A stretch of DNA of 64,000 nt from Thalia democratica (taxonomy: Eukaryota): contig OZ241833.1 of the NCBI GenBank assembly GCA_965202585.1, positions 23,746,001 through 23,810,000 of the forward strand, given 5' to 3'. The position numbers and the translations under genes were made by a program. Of this stretch, positions 1 to 10,899 are shown piece by piece; the stretch's first letter is position 1, and each line of letters starts with the position of its first letter. The notes under the pieces were generated by a model that was given only the letters and a program-made list of their open reading frames with translations, had not been told where the DNA came from and ran no database searches.

Positions 1-104
1 CTATTACAGACATTATAAAAACAAAGTTAAGAAGGTCAAGTTAAGCAAGCGCAGAAGTGAAGGGTACGGTTTTGTTATTGAAGGCGGAAAAGAAGTTAAT
101 ACTG
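1..104 (+). CDS. WHRN: Whirlin-like exon, start of PDZ1 (partial)
   Basis: Frame 2 gives YYRHYKNKVKKVKLSKRRSEGYGFVIEGGKEVNT; phase-1 donor g|gtaagt. Confidence 0.85.
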
Positions 105-3100
105 GTAAGTTTAATTAATATTTTAAGTTTTTAACGAAACTGTTAGTTAATTTTTGTTTTCTTTAGCTATTCACATAAAATTTATAAGGCTTTTGGTAAG
201 TGTTTTTTAAAATTAAGCCTTTATGAATGTTTTATAACCAATATTTAGGTATGTACAAGCTATTTGTGCACAATTTATCACACAGATTAGTTTGCAAAGT
301 TTATAAGTGCCAGTTTTATTATTGTGCATCAAGGTTTAGTTTTTACATAATTACCTTTTTCGTTTACTACCCAATGATTCAAACACATCATAAGTTTTGC
401 TATGCTTTCAAAGTTTTTAAGAAATAGTGTTTGAAATTACTACTAAAACAGTGGAATTAAACAGTTGCTCTTGCAAGACAAGTTTACTTTTACTAAAATA
501 GTAATAAAGTTGTTTAAGTATTGGAATTTTTTTTTCCTTAATGCAATGCTTAGTTTTACCCAAAGGGCTTAATGAATATGATTTCTGATTGAATTGAATA
601 TGATTTTGTTACTCATGAGTTTTTTGGGTCAAACCAAGTATTGCCTTTGACTTTGATAAAATAAATTTTGGTTTTTATCTTCTTAAATTTATTTAAATTA
701 GAAACTTAAACATTATAAACTAATACAAAAGGCTTATTATAAATAACTGATAACACAAACATACTTTATCTTTAACTATGGATTTAATGAATTTTTTTTA
801 AATACTTTGATCAATTTAGAATGCGTAAACTTACTCATTTTGATATTTTTTAAAAATAATTTAAACTAAGTTGTTAGAATAACATAATCTTAAATAAACT
901 TCTTAGTACATAGACTAAAGTTTTCCGGAATATTACAGTTCCAGTTTGACTACTTATTTTTTAAGAAAGCTTTTGGACTTTATTATAATTGAATAAGTAT
1001 TGTATATGTTTTAATAATAAATCTGTTTAATATTTCAAGCATTATCGATATTCTTTTATGCTTTTTAAATCTGGAAGATTGAAAAAGTAGAAATATCTAA
1101 AGATACGACTTATGTTTCTTAAGCATGAGATTAATAAGCTTATCTTATAGTTTAAGACCATAATTGGTCCACCTAGTTTTTATAAGTTAGTCTTATTTTG
1201 TGATTTTTTTTCTTTGCTACCAAATTTTCTTAAACCTTAACTAAATTCATATTATATTTTTAGAGATATGAGATCAAAGTTGATGAATTTAATATTTATG
1301 CAAAAGACAAAAAAGACTATTTTATTTAAATTTATCTCATCCTTCCTTTCATAAAAGTTATTCTTCAAAATTATAAACTTTACTCATTATTAATTATTCT
1401 TTAAATTACTTGTGGAGAGTTTTATAATTATATTTATTTTTTAGTTTCTATTAGCATTATTAATTTATTAATATTTAATTTTTCGGTATTTTTGAGAACT
1501 TTAGTATATATATTTTTAAATTTTATACACATAAAAGTCAACACCCCACATACAAAAGTTTTAACAACATTAAAAGAATTTTTCCGAAAAAAGTTCAAGT
1601 CTTCAGCTCAAAAAACAAACTAGTAGACACACTTTCAGTAAAAGTAGGTCAATACGTTTGTAAAAGAAACTTTTTAAACATAAATAACTATACCCTAATT
1701 TATAATTTTCTATAAAAAGTGCCTTATTTTTCATAGTTTTGAGTTTCATATTAGTCTAATGTTATTTTATTAGAATTAATTTCTTAGCCACCCTTAGCAT
1801 TAACATTAACTTTGGAAATATCTAAATCTTGATTTACTTTGTACTACAATAAAATTTTTGTTTTGTTTTTTAAAGGGCTATAATATTTTTTTTGTTCTTT
1901 ACTTTATTCTCCATCAAACTAGGTTCTTAGTTATTTGTAAACTTAACTGTTTAAAGTAGCTGTTAAATTTTATTTCATACAAAACTTTCTTGTTAGGAAT
2001 TTTCGTCTCAGAAGTGGACAGGTTTTCTGCGGCGCACAAACAGGGTTTGTCCAGAGGAGACAGAATATTAGAAGTTAATGGGATTTCATTGAACAAAAAG
2101 ACTTCTCACAACGAAGCTGTAAAGGTAATTTAATATTTTTGTAACCTACAATAGTTCATTATTTTTTTTAAATTGTGCTGTATTTAACTACTTCTATTTA
2201 AAGTAAGTTGTAATTAAAAAAAAATTGTTAAAAATTTAAAAAATAGTGTATTCAAAATGAATATTTGAAAAAACAATAATGACAAAGGTGTGCAAATTTT
2301 TCTCTTTTTTAGTTATTGTATTGATATAGTTTTGTTTTAAAATTGCTTTTAATACCTTGAGTTTAAGTAGAATCAAAAATGTCTAATTTTTTGTCATTTT
2401 TTAGTAAATATAGTAGTTTATACTGAATCATGTTTTGAAAAGTGTCAAAAGCTTTGTTATTACGATAAACATTTATTAGACTTTTTTCTAAAACAAAAAA
2501 AAAATACTTCATTATTTTATGGTTAGCACAAAACTCATGTTATCAAATGCTATTTTGCTTGTTAGAAATATTTGAATGTTTAAAAATAGCTAAAATTATT
2601 AGTAAAACAACAATTTATGAAGTACTTGAATAATTGAAAAATGACTCATACTTTGTGTTGGACTAATAACACACTTCCACTAAGTTTTAAAATATAGGTA
2701 ATTCAAGTAATAGAAAAAGTTAAACGATAAATTTCTGCTTTCTATAACTTATTTTAACCCAGAGAACCGTACTTCACGTTTTAGTAAATTCAATACTTTA
2801 CAAACTTTTGATTTTATTATTTATTTGTTTTATTCATTCATTTGTTTATTTATTTTGTATAAACGAACTTGTTTTGTATGGAACGCCAATATAACCAGTT
2901 TATAATCATTGAACATGTATAAATATTAATAAAAAAGCAACAAAAAACTTGAACTTTTAATAAATTTTAGAATATTCCTAAACTTGTAGCATAAAAACAA
3001 AGTTTAAATTACAATTGACTTCAAAAGTACCTTATTTGTAAACTGTTTTGCAACTTTTTTATATATTAAATTAATTTTAAATTGTAGATTAAGATTATGT

Positions 3101-6100
3101 AAGTTTTTAGTGTATTACAAATATACGTTTATAAATTTGGAAAGGATTTCAATTTTATTAGGTTATATTTATCGAAACATATTTATTTGTAACAAATAAA
3201 GTTATCCATTAATATGAATGTATTTTACAAAGCAAATATGTTTTGTTATTTTGTACTTAAACAGAATTTTTTAAAAGTCTATTCAAAACTAAAGTATAAA
3301 TTTTTATAGTTTTTAAAAGTAATAAATCTTCCAGGTAAAAAAAATATTTATAAAACGTTGCTGTATTTAAAGTTAATGTTACTAAAATTACTGTTTGATA
3401 TTTTTAATTTAATATTAAGTAGATAGTTATTTATCGCGTAGTAAAAAAAAATTGTGAGTACAACAGTTTTCTTTCAAAAAACTATACCATAGAACTTGTT
3501 TTGAACTATAACTTTACACACACTAAATAATTTATAACATCAAAACTTCCCGTACAAAGATACACAATAAATTATTAATGCTATAACTATTTTGTTTTAC
3601 TTTTTACTACTTGCGTAGGACGCTAGCAACATACTTTAGCTTAGTTGACTTTTTTGAAAACTTAGGTTGAAAACTTTTTTGTTTTTTACATAGAATACGT
3701 CGTATAATATACTTATTAAATTTTTATTTTGATTTTTTTTAAATATAAACTAACTGAAATTACAATTGAAGAAAAACATGACAATGTTTTGAAGTAAGGG
3801 GCATTCTTTTATTAATTAATTTAGTTTCATTAAGTATAAAAACATGTTCAGAACTTCATTAAGAATTTAATAACAGTCTAAATCAAAATTATTGTTCCCG
3901 CCTCAAACATTTAGACATTGATAAAAGAAAATTAGAACATTTTATCAACCTTATATTTGTTCCAGCTCCTAAAAAGTTTTAAAAGGATTGAACTGAAAGT
4001 TGTGGTTGGAACTTCTTTTGAAAATTTTGAAAAAAGATCTAAATGTAAACAAGATTTTGAAGATGAAATTAAGGGAGCCAAGTCTTTGACTAATGGTAAC
4101 GAATCTACAGACATTGAAAAACAAGTTTGTAAATAAAGTATAAATGTTCAAAACTTAAGTTTTTGCTACTAAATAATTTTAACTGTTGCTATTCTGTTTT
4201 TTGAAAGAAATATTTTTTTAGACTTTTATAGATTATTGCTGATAAAAGTCCTTTTTTATTTTTGTCTTACAAATTCCAGGTGACTTTAACGCCGTTGGAA
4301 GGCCAGCAGCTGGGTTTTATGATCAGGGGAGGGAGTGAGTTCGGCGTGGGAATTTTCATAACTGGCGTCGAGCAAGGTTCAATCGCTCAAAAGAACGGAT
4401 TGAAGGTGGCGTTTGATCGATTTTTAATTAAGTAATCTAGTTTAAAAAAAGTGTTACATCAACAAAATTATGTTGTCTATGATTTTTTTAAAATTTAAAC
4501 TTATTATCATGGTATGTTTTTAAATTTTTTAAGGCTTTGTTATGCAAACTAAGTTTCGGTCATAGACCTCGTCAGATTTTTTATTTGACCGAAACTTAGT
4601 TTGCATAATAAAGTCTTGAAAGAAAAAATATATTAATCAACCTCTAGTAGTTGAGATCTCTTTATTTGTTTTCTTAAAATCAAAGCATATAATGTTATTA
4701 TTGTTTTAGGTTGGTGACCAAATAATTGAGATAAACGGAATTAATTTTGAAAACAACTCGCACAAGAAATGCGTTGAAGTGGTTAAAAACTCTGCAAAAT
4801 TGCAAATGATAGTCAAGTATAGAGGTAGAGTGCCGCAAGTAAGTACCATAAACAATCTTGAGTTTCTTATTTTCTATCGGTTTCTTTTATCCTAAGAACA
4901 CTATTTGTAGTTAACATGCTTTATTTTATTTGTGTTTAGTTATTTAAAAAAATGTTTTTTAAAACAGCTTGTTAAATTTTAAAAGTAGTATGCTCAGACT
5001 AGGGGTCGGAAAACCTGCAAAGCAAAAAGTTTTATCCTGCGACGTGCTTTATAGCCTTAAAATAACTAGTTTTGTAGAAGCAATGTTCAGGCTTTTTATA
5101 ATAAAAGTTTACAAATATACACTTTTTTGGTTATAAATAAACAGCTCCCTATTTTATATTTATTTTATTATACGTTTGCTCTTAAATATAATTTTTTTTA
5201 TTAAAATATTAATATTTTAAATTGTATCATTTAAAAAAAATACTGTGACCCACGAACCTGGCTTAGACACATGTTTAAGTTTGAGTAGGTTGATTTTTAA
5301 AGATATTGAGCTTTATTTTCAAATATTAAATTTTTTTAATTTTTAGTTTTTTATGTTTATAGTCTATACTTGTTCTAATGTTATTTTTCAATGAGACCGG
5401 ATTGTTGAAGTTTTAGTGTTATTCTAGTACTTCTTCAGTTTTATCTTAAACTTTAAGGTATGAATTTAAAGATTGTTCTTTTGAACTACACTGTTTTGAA
5501 TATTTAGATTTTTTTCTTTAGAATATCTTTTGTATCAACAAAACTTGGATAAGTTTTATAAATATAAAAGTTTGAAAATTGTATATTTCAAAAAAAAAAA
5601 CAAAGCTAAATTTACTTTTAATTTTTAATGTTAGTATATCAAAGTTTACACTTACTACTCTTTATGTTCAAAACACCATTGACTAAGAACTAGTTTTGTA
5701 AAGTAGTTGTTATAAAACTTTAAGTTTAACTTACAGGAAGTTCAGAGAAAAAGATGTTCAAACAATAAAACAACCCACCATAAACAAAACGACAATAATA
5801 ACGTCATAGACTCGTTAGCAAATCGGCTACATAACAGCTTAACCATGGATGGTGTGACTTTAGACGACAGAAAAATAAGTGAAACAACTGATATTTTACA
5901 TAGCTATAATATTGGTGAAACCGACGTTTACGCATTAGCAGAATTCGTTTGCAAGTTGCAAAATGAAAAAGTTGGTTAAAAAAGTTTAACATCATTAACT
6001 TGGTAGAACTAGTTTTTCGTAGTTTTGAAATTGTAACTGGTTAATAATCTAATTTTTGTTAAATAATTTGTTTACTTTTGTTTTTATTTTATTTTTTTAT

Positions 6101-9100
6101 GTGATCAGTAATATTGCAGGTTAATATAAGGGATTTAAAAGAATCAAAAAATAAATTTAGCAATTTGATGAAAGGTATACGAGATAACTTTTCAAAAAAT
6201 TTTAGTTTCTTTTTAGATATACTCAGTAAAAAAATTGTCAAACTGCATTTAACCATTAAGGCCATAGGGGGGGTCCACTTTGTTTTTTACAACTTGATCT
6301 TATTTTGTAGAATTTAATCTGAGCTATCAGACACTTTTAACCGCTTAAAAAAACTCAAAGTAATTTTTGAGATATAAGCGATCAAAGAAAGGGCGTTCAA
6401 TAGGTTCCTTATGGAAGGCAAAAACTAAAAATGCGAAAAAAGACTATTTCACTAAAAATCTATCTCCTCCTTCATTTTTTGAGTAATCTTTCTCAAATTT
6501 TTACAGAATGTGTATCATTAAACTTTAAAGAGATCTATTGTAGGAATTTTTTTAATTTTTAGTAAAAAAAAAACTATTGTCAAAAAACTACCCTTTTTTT
6601 TAGTTTTTTGTGGATAAAATTTTTATTTTTCAAAATTAAAAAAATTCCAACATTCAGATTCTTCAAAATATAAAAAGGAACATTTCCTAAAAATTTTAAG
6701 TCTCTAGGTCAAAAAATGAAGGAGGAGATAGGTTTTTAGTGAATTTTAAAATTTCCGAGAAAATTGACCCCAAAAAATTTGCGGTCCATACGTTTATATT
6801 GGAAAATTTTTACAAAAAATTAAATATCTCAAAAGATAAATGATATTTTTGAATTCTATAAAAACTGGCTTATAGTTTGTACTTTAAGCTTTCATATAAA
6901 AGCCAAAGTTAATTTTAGTAAAAAAAATGTTGGACCCCCCCCCCCCCCCCCCTATGGCCTTAAAGTACATTATAAATGTTATGAATAGTTATAAATGTTT
7001 TACAACAAAAATTTTACCAGAATTAAGTTAAAAATCTCTAAAAATATGTCTCTATTAAGCTTTTAGGCAAAAGATCTCAAAAGTTTACGATTAACTTTTA
7101 TTTTATTCACCACCTAGGTTTACTTCTTGATTTCATTTTTGATAAGTTGTTTGTTTTCATGTGAATATATAAGTATTTTATAATCTAAAAACTAGTTTGT
7201 ATACTTAACCAAAACTAGGTCGTTTGTTTGTAAAAAATATGTAAAAAAAAAATTGAAATTCAGTTTAAGTATTATGATGAGTTAAGAAATGTTGTAAGCA
7301 TAATAAATTTAATAGCTTAGATTCTTTTAAACATACTAAATCAGAGTAGTTGTTTAATTTATATCTCAGTTTTTAGTAAAAATTAAATTAACTTTAAAAG
7401 AATCAATAGCTTCATCTTAAATAAACTATACACTCAAAAGTGCTTTTACACTAAGAACTTTACTTTCATTAGTAAGAATAAATATCAAAACGTACAAATT
7501 TCAGGTTGTTTCAGCCGTGCGAGGGCAAGTGAGAAACTGCGATGCTGCGAAATTTAACAAGGCTTTGTCGAACTTCCGACAAAGCAACCAGACGCTCAGC
7601 ACTTCGTTTACAAGTTCCAACGAAGAGTTTCGCGGCGATGCGACGAGCAACATGCAGAGCGCGCCGATAATCCAGTTTCAATCTCACCGCGATGAGCTGC
7701 TGGAAAAAATTAGATCGATTGGAAGCTGCAGAGAAAAGTTTGAAACTGAGTTTTCAGATTCTTCTCAAAATTTTCCTTCCAACTCGGGAAAGTCTAGAGT
7801 TTCAAGCGTGTACAACGTTGTATCGTTTGTCGATGAAGAAAGTATTAATTTTGAGAGAAATAAAAACGTTTTTGAAAGAATTCCCAAGCCAGCCGAAAGA
7901 AAAATGAACAGAATCAGTATCAACAAGCGAAAGATGTCGCATTTCAATGGTAACAAGATTCAACCTGTAAATTATGGTGTTTTTGAGATTAATTCTAATA
8001 ATTACCCAACGTCCGTCAACAATAACAATTCAAACGAATGCAAAATCTTGCAAAACGAACCAGATATGGATCTTTTACATTTTGATGATGAAACACAGGA
8101 GCCAAGTTTGAATTGCAGGTAATACTTACATAAATATTTTAAAGTGTTATAGTATATTAGACCTCACGGTGAGCACCTGTGCACAGTAGTTTAAAAAAAA
8201 TTGTTTCACTGTGCACAGAAAATTTACCAAGGTTAAAAAAAGATTACAAGTGACGTTTATTCTGTCCTTTTGCGTTATAAAAAGATAATGATAACATAAA
8301 TTAACAGTTATTTGCACGTTGTTTGTATGTTAAGAAACTTTAAATATAAAAAAGTGTTTATCAATTTTAGTTTGCATATTTTATAGTTTAGTGTGCTCAG
8401 CTTTTGAAATTGTTGATAACCACTCATATAGACTATGTGATTTTTCAAATTTAGCAAAGTTATAAATGATTTCTTAAAATGTTTTAATTTTGTATTTGTT
8501 TTAAGGAAATGTGGTAGCTTTTATTGAAAAATATATAGCACAATAGCTTAAGTAGGTTGTCTAGATTTATTTACTTTCTAAGTCAATATTGATTTAAGTT
8601 TTTTTTTAAGTTAAACTACTCAATTTACTGATAATCAAGTTAATTTTATAATTTTTTACCATTATTTTTTAACTTCTTATAGTCAATATATATATTAACT
8701 TGAAAATTAAAAGGTATTCAAACTACCCAAAAAGTGTTAGCTGCAGAAGAATGAATTGTTCTGAATATGTACAGGTTTCTATTTTTAATTGTTTACTTCA
8801 TTGAATAACTTTTTTTACACCCAATCGATTAAATTTTCTAACTGATTATCTATAAGCTTTTTTCAGCAACTAGTTTGTTTTAAGATTACTAATTTCTTTT
8901 TAAAGCTAATGAAGCATAGTTAAAGAAATTTTTGTAGTATAGTCTTTCATTCAGAAAACATTTTCAAACTACGAGAAATTATAAATTGCAATACTATACA
9001 TCAAGTCTTTTGAAACTCAAGTATTAACTTGTAATTCTAAATTTTTACTGTACATAAATAAAGCTTATTAAATATGGTATTTTTTTAAATACTACTATTT

Positions 9101-10899
9101 TATAGCTAGTCTAGAAATTAGAATTTTTATTTTATGTTGCAAGTTTGTTCTACCAATAAAAAATTTCTAAGTATAAACATTAACAGTTTTTTCAAAACAA
9201 CAGGGTGGCCACTTAACCTGGAATCGTGGAAAAACCTGGAATTTGACTTAAAAAGCTTAAAAAACCTGGAATTTGATAAAATAAATTTTTTTTTGGAAAA
9301 ACCTGGAGTTTTGAACAAAAATCAGTAAAAAACTTGGAATTTCAAACTGATTTGACGTGTTTAGTTGTGAAATATCGATTTTTCTTACAAATATAAGGAC
9401 AAAAAATACAGATAAAAAATTTTTGTCATCATCAAACATTTATTTTATTTAAAACATATATAAAGGAGCTTTACAGTATATTTTTAATGTTGTTATACTA
9501 TTTTACACAGTTTTTTTTTTAGATTTAATTTTTAAACTTTTTAATTTAAACTAAAAATTGACCCAAAAACGTCTACTTTCAAATACCTGGAAGAAATTTA
9601 AAAAAAACTAGTGGCCACCCTGAAACAATCAAAGATTATCTAACAGTTTTTCTAGTATTTTATAACTTTGGTAGCAAGTGAAAAACTAAAAAAAGTTCAA
9701 CTAACTACTGACAGCACACAACTTAGTTACCTAAACGTTTTAATCATCTTTTCAAACGAGATCTATAGACTTAAACAGTAATTCAGGATGGTACAGTATT
9801 GAAATAATAAAATATAATCCTTAATTCCTTTTGATCCTAAACGTACTTATCTAACCCACCAACGACTTTATATAAAATACCTTTAGAAAATTTAACCAGA
9901 GCATTCATCACTTTAAATTTATGCCGATTTAGCATCTAGTTAGCTTTAGCTCAATTATATTACAAGCATTGTATAATTGGAACTCAAAAGACAAATCTAA
10001 TAACTGGTATAATAAACCTTTATAGCTGATGTAGTAAAGTATACTTAATGTTACTAGTATTTTTTATAAATAAAACTTGAAATCAAAAACTTTTATTGTT
10101 AAACTGATTAAAAAGAAGTCAATTTTTTAAATTTGTAAGTTTATTTTTCTCTTACTTATAATTGAAATATAAAATACCTTCAGACTCCTAATTTAGACGA
10201 AAAAGAAAAACTGACTGTGTTTAAAACATCGAGGAATTTAGGAATCAGCATTAAAGGTGGCACTCGACACAGACTTCCAATAATTGCAAATATACAAGTT
10301 TGATTGTTACGAAAATTTTATAACCAGTTTTATTAACTCGTGTGCAGTTATTTGACTATACCATTAAACTACTGATGTAGTGTTAAAAAAAGAAGTAGTT
10401 TTAGAAAATTCACAAAAGTATAGAGCTTTTAATGTTCACATAATAGTACAATAAGTCTGATTAACGTTTCAACCAATTTAAAAGTAAAATGGGAACATTA
10501 AAACTTTTTTTTTTAGATTTTAGTTTTTAGCTAGCTATTTACAAAACTACCCTTGTTTGATGGGTGAATACTTTTCACAGACTAGTAAATTAAAACATGA
10601 CACATAGTTGTAACCTTGAATTATATATAATTTCCTCTACGAACCTGTGTAATATTTGTTTTTGAATAACATTTTATTAACAATGTTTTTTTATCAGACT
10701 TTTTTTTTAATGAGGTAACTTATCATCGTAACAGCCTGGAAGTTGTGCTGACAAATGTTCTCAGCTGAAGGTCGGACAGATCTTGCACGAGGTAAACGAG
10801 AAGTCTCTCGAAGGTTTGCGGCATGAAAGTGTTGTTTTGACCATCGCTGAAGAGTTCACAAACACTGAGAAGGACTTTATACAACTTGTTGTGAGTTAA
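1..10899 (+). CDS. WHRN: Whirlin-like multi-PDZ scaffold (PDZ1-PDZ2-harmonin-N-like domain-linker-PDZ3), 5'-truncated by the window; gene-level model
   Basis: Phase-consistent GT-AG chain: <1-104, 1997-2124, 3966-4124, 4280-4405, 4710-4838, 5737-5970, 7505-8118, 8714-8774, 10184-10297, 10735-10899. Motifs GYGFVIEGG, LGFMIRGGSEFGVGIFITGVEQGS..GLK|VGDQIIEING and LGISIKGG..LPIIANIQ|PGSCADKCSQLKVGQIL..IAEEF..KDFIQLVV resemble whirlin PDZ1/2/3 as recalled. PDZD7 is the paralogous alternative. Confidence 0.85.
1997..2124 (+). CDS. WHRN: Whirlin-like exon, PDZ1
   Basis: ttag|..aag|gtaatt; GIFVSEVDRFSAAHKQGLSRGDRILEVNGISLNKKTSHNEAVK. Confidence 0.9.
3966..4124 (+). CDS. WHRN: Whirlin-like exon, end of PDZ1 plus linker
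   Basis: ccag|..caa|gtttgt; LLKSFKRIELKVVVG..EKQ, phase 0-0. Confidence 0.8.
4280..4405 (+). CDS. WHRN: Whirlin-like exon, N-half of PDZ2
   Basis: VTLTPLEGQQLGFMIRGGSEFGVGIFITGVEQGSIAQKNGLK, phase 0-0. Confidence 0.92.
4531..4618. repeat. Intronic inverted repeat (23-bp perfect stem, 23-nt loop)
   Basis: ttatgcaaactaagtttcggtca (4540-4562) is the exact reverse complement of 4586-4608; flanks aaggcttt/aaagtctt extend the stem. Confidence 0.85.
4710..4838 (+). CDS. WHRN: Whirlin-like exon, C-half of PDZ2
   Basis: VGDQIIEINGINFENNSHKKCVEVVKNSAKLQMIVKYRGRVPQ|gtaagt. Confidence 0.92.
5000..5260. mobile_element. Degenerate hAT (Charlie/Buster-like) MITE
   Basis: Starts taggggtcggaaa, ends ..acctg; flanked by near-identical 8-mers gctcagac/gcttagac; same left end as 14787-15092. 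Confidence 0.6.
5737..5970 (+). CDS. WHRN: Whirlin-like exon, start of harmonin-N-like helical domain
   Basis: ttacag|EVQRK..ILHSYNIGETDVYALAEFVCKLQNEK|gttggt; 78 open codons. Confidence 0.8.
6260..6959. mobile_element. Non-autonomous TIR element with TTAA target duplication and GG..CC termini (Kolobok-like)
   Basis: TTAA|ggccatagggggggtcc ... ggacc(C)nctatggcc|TTAA; internal 31-bp inverted repeat 6450-6480/6711-6741. Decayed relatives lie at about 1290-1390 and 13030-13110. Confidence 0.8.
7505..8118 (+). CDS. WHRN: Whirlin-like exon, end of helical domain plus low-complexity linker
   Basis: ttcag|VVSAVRGQVRNCDAAKFNKAL.. (ORF 7517-8122); phase-2 donor ag|gtaata. Confidence 0.85.
8714..8774 (+). 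CDS. WHRN: Whirlin-like small linker exon (inferred)
   Basis: The only candidate I found that bridges phase 2 (8118) to phase 0 (10184): aag|g-YSNYPKSVSCRRMNCSEYVQ|gtttct. The acceptor is weak. Confidence 0.5.
9201..9622. mobile_element. MITE with 12-bp TIRs cagggtggccac (hAT-like termini)
   Basis: Perfect TIRs at 9201-9212 and 9611-9622; aaacaa on both flanks; internal tandem aaaacctggaattt motifs. Confidence 0.8.
10184..10297 (+). CDS. WHRN: Whirlin-like exon, N-part of PDZ3
   Basis: TPNLDEKEKLTVFKTSRNLGISIKGGTRHRLPIIANIQ|gtttga. Confidence 0.9.
10735..10899 (+). CDS. WHRN: Whirlin-like exon, C-part of PDZ3 with stop codon
   Basis: PGSCADKCSQLKVGQILHEVNEKSLEGLRHESVVLTIAEEFTNTEKDFIQLVVS*; TAA at 10897-10899. 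Confidence 0.88.
   Translation, partial: PGSCADKCSQLKVGQILHEVNEKSLEGLRHESVVLTIAEEFTNTEKDFIQLVVS

Noticed and set aside
227-427. Short track ORFs in introns and intergenic DNA (also 9127-9439, 14924-15133, 20043-20319, 21973-22170, 58404-58640)
   Set aside because: Their F/L/K/I/N-rich composition is typical of random AT-rich frames, several overlap MITEs, and none has homology cues.
6114-6317. 67-aa ORF after a tgcag acceptor-like site as a whirlin exon
   Set aside because: It is AT-rich, runs into the TTAA transposon and is not needed, because 5970 splices in phase to 7505 and restores the helical-domain alignment.
9215-9345. Spaced aaaacctggaattt repeats as a CRISPR-like array
   Set aside because: The context is eukaryotic, the spacing is irregular, the repeats are short and degenerate, and they lie between MITE TIRs. 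There are no cas genes.
10698-10714. 17-nt microexon ahead of the last whirlin PDZ3 exon
   Set aside because: It would leave a 20-nt intron (10715-10734), too short to splice, and would shift the frame.
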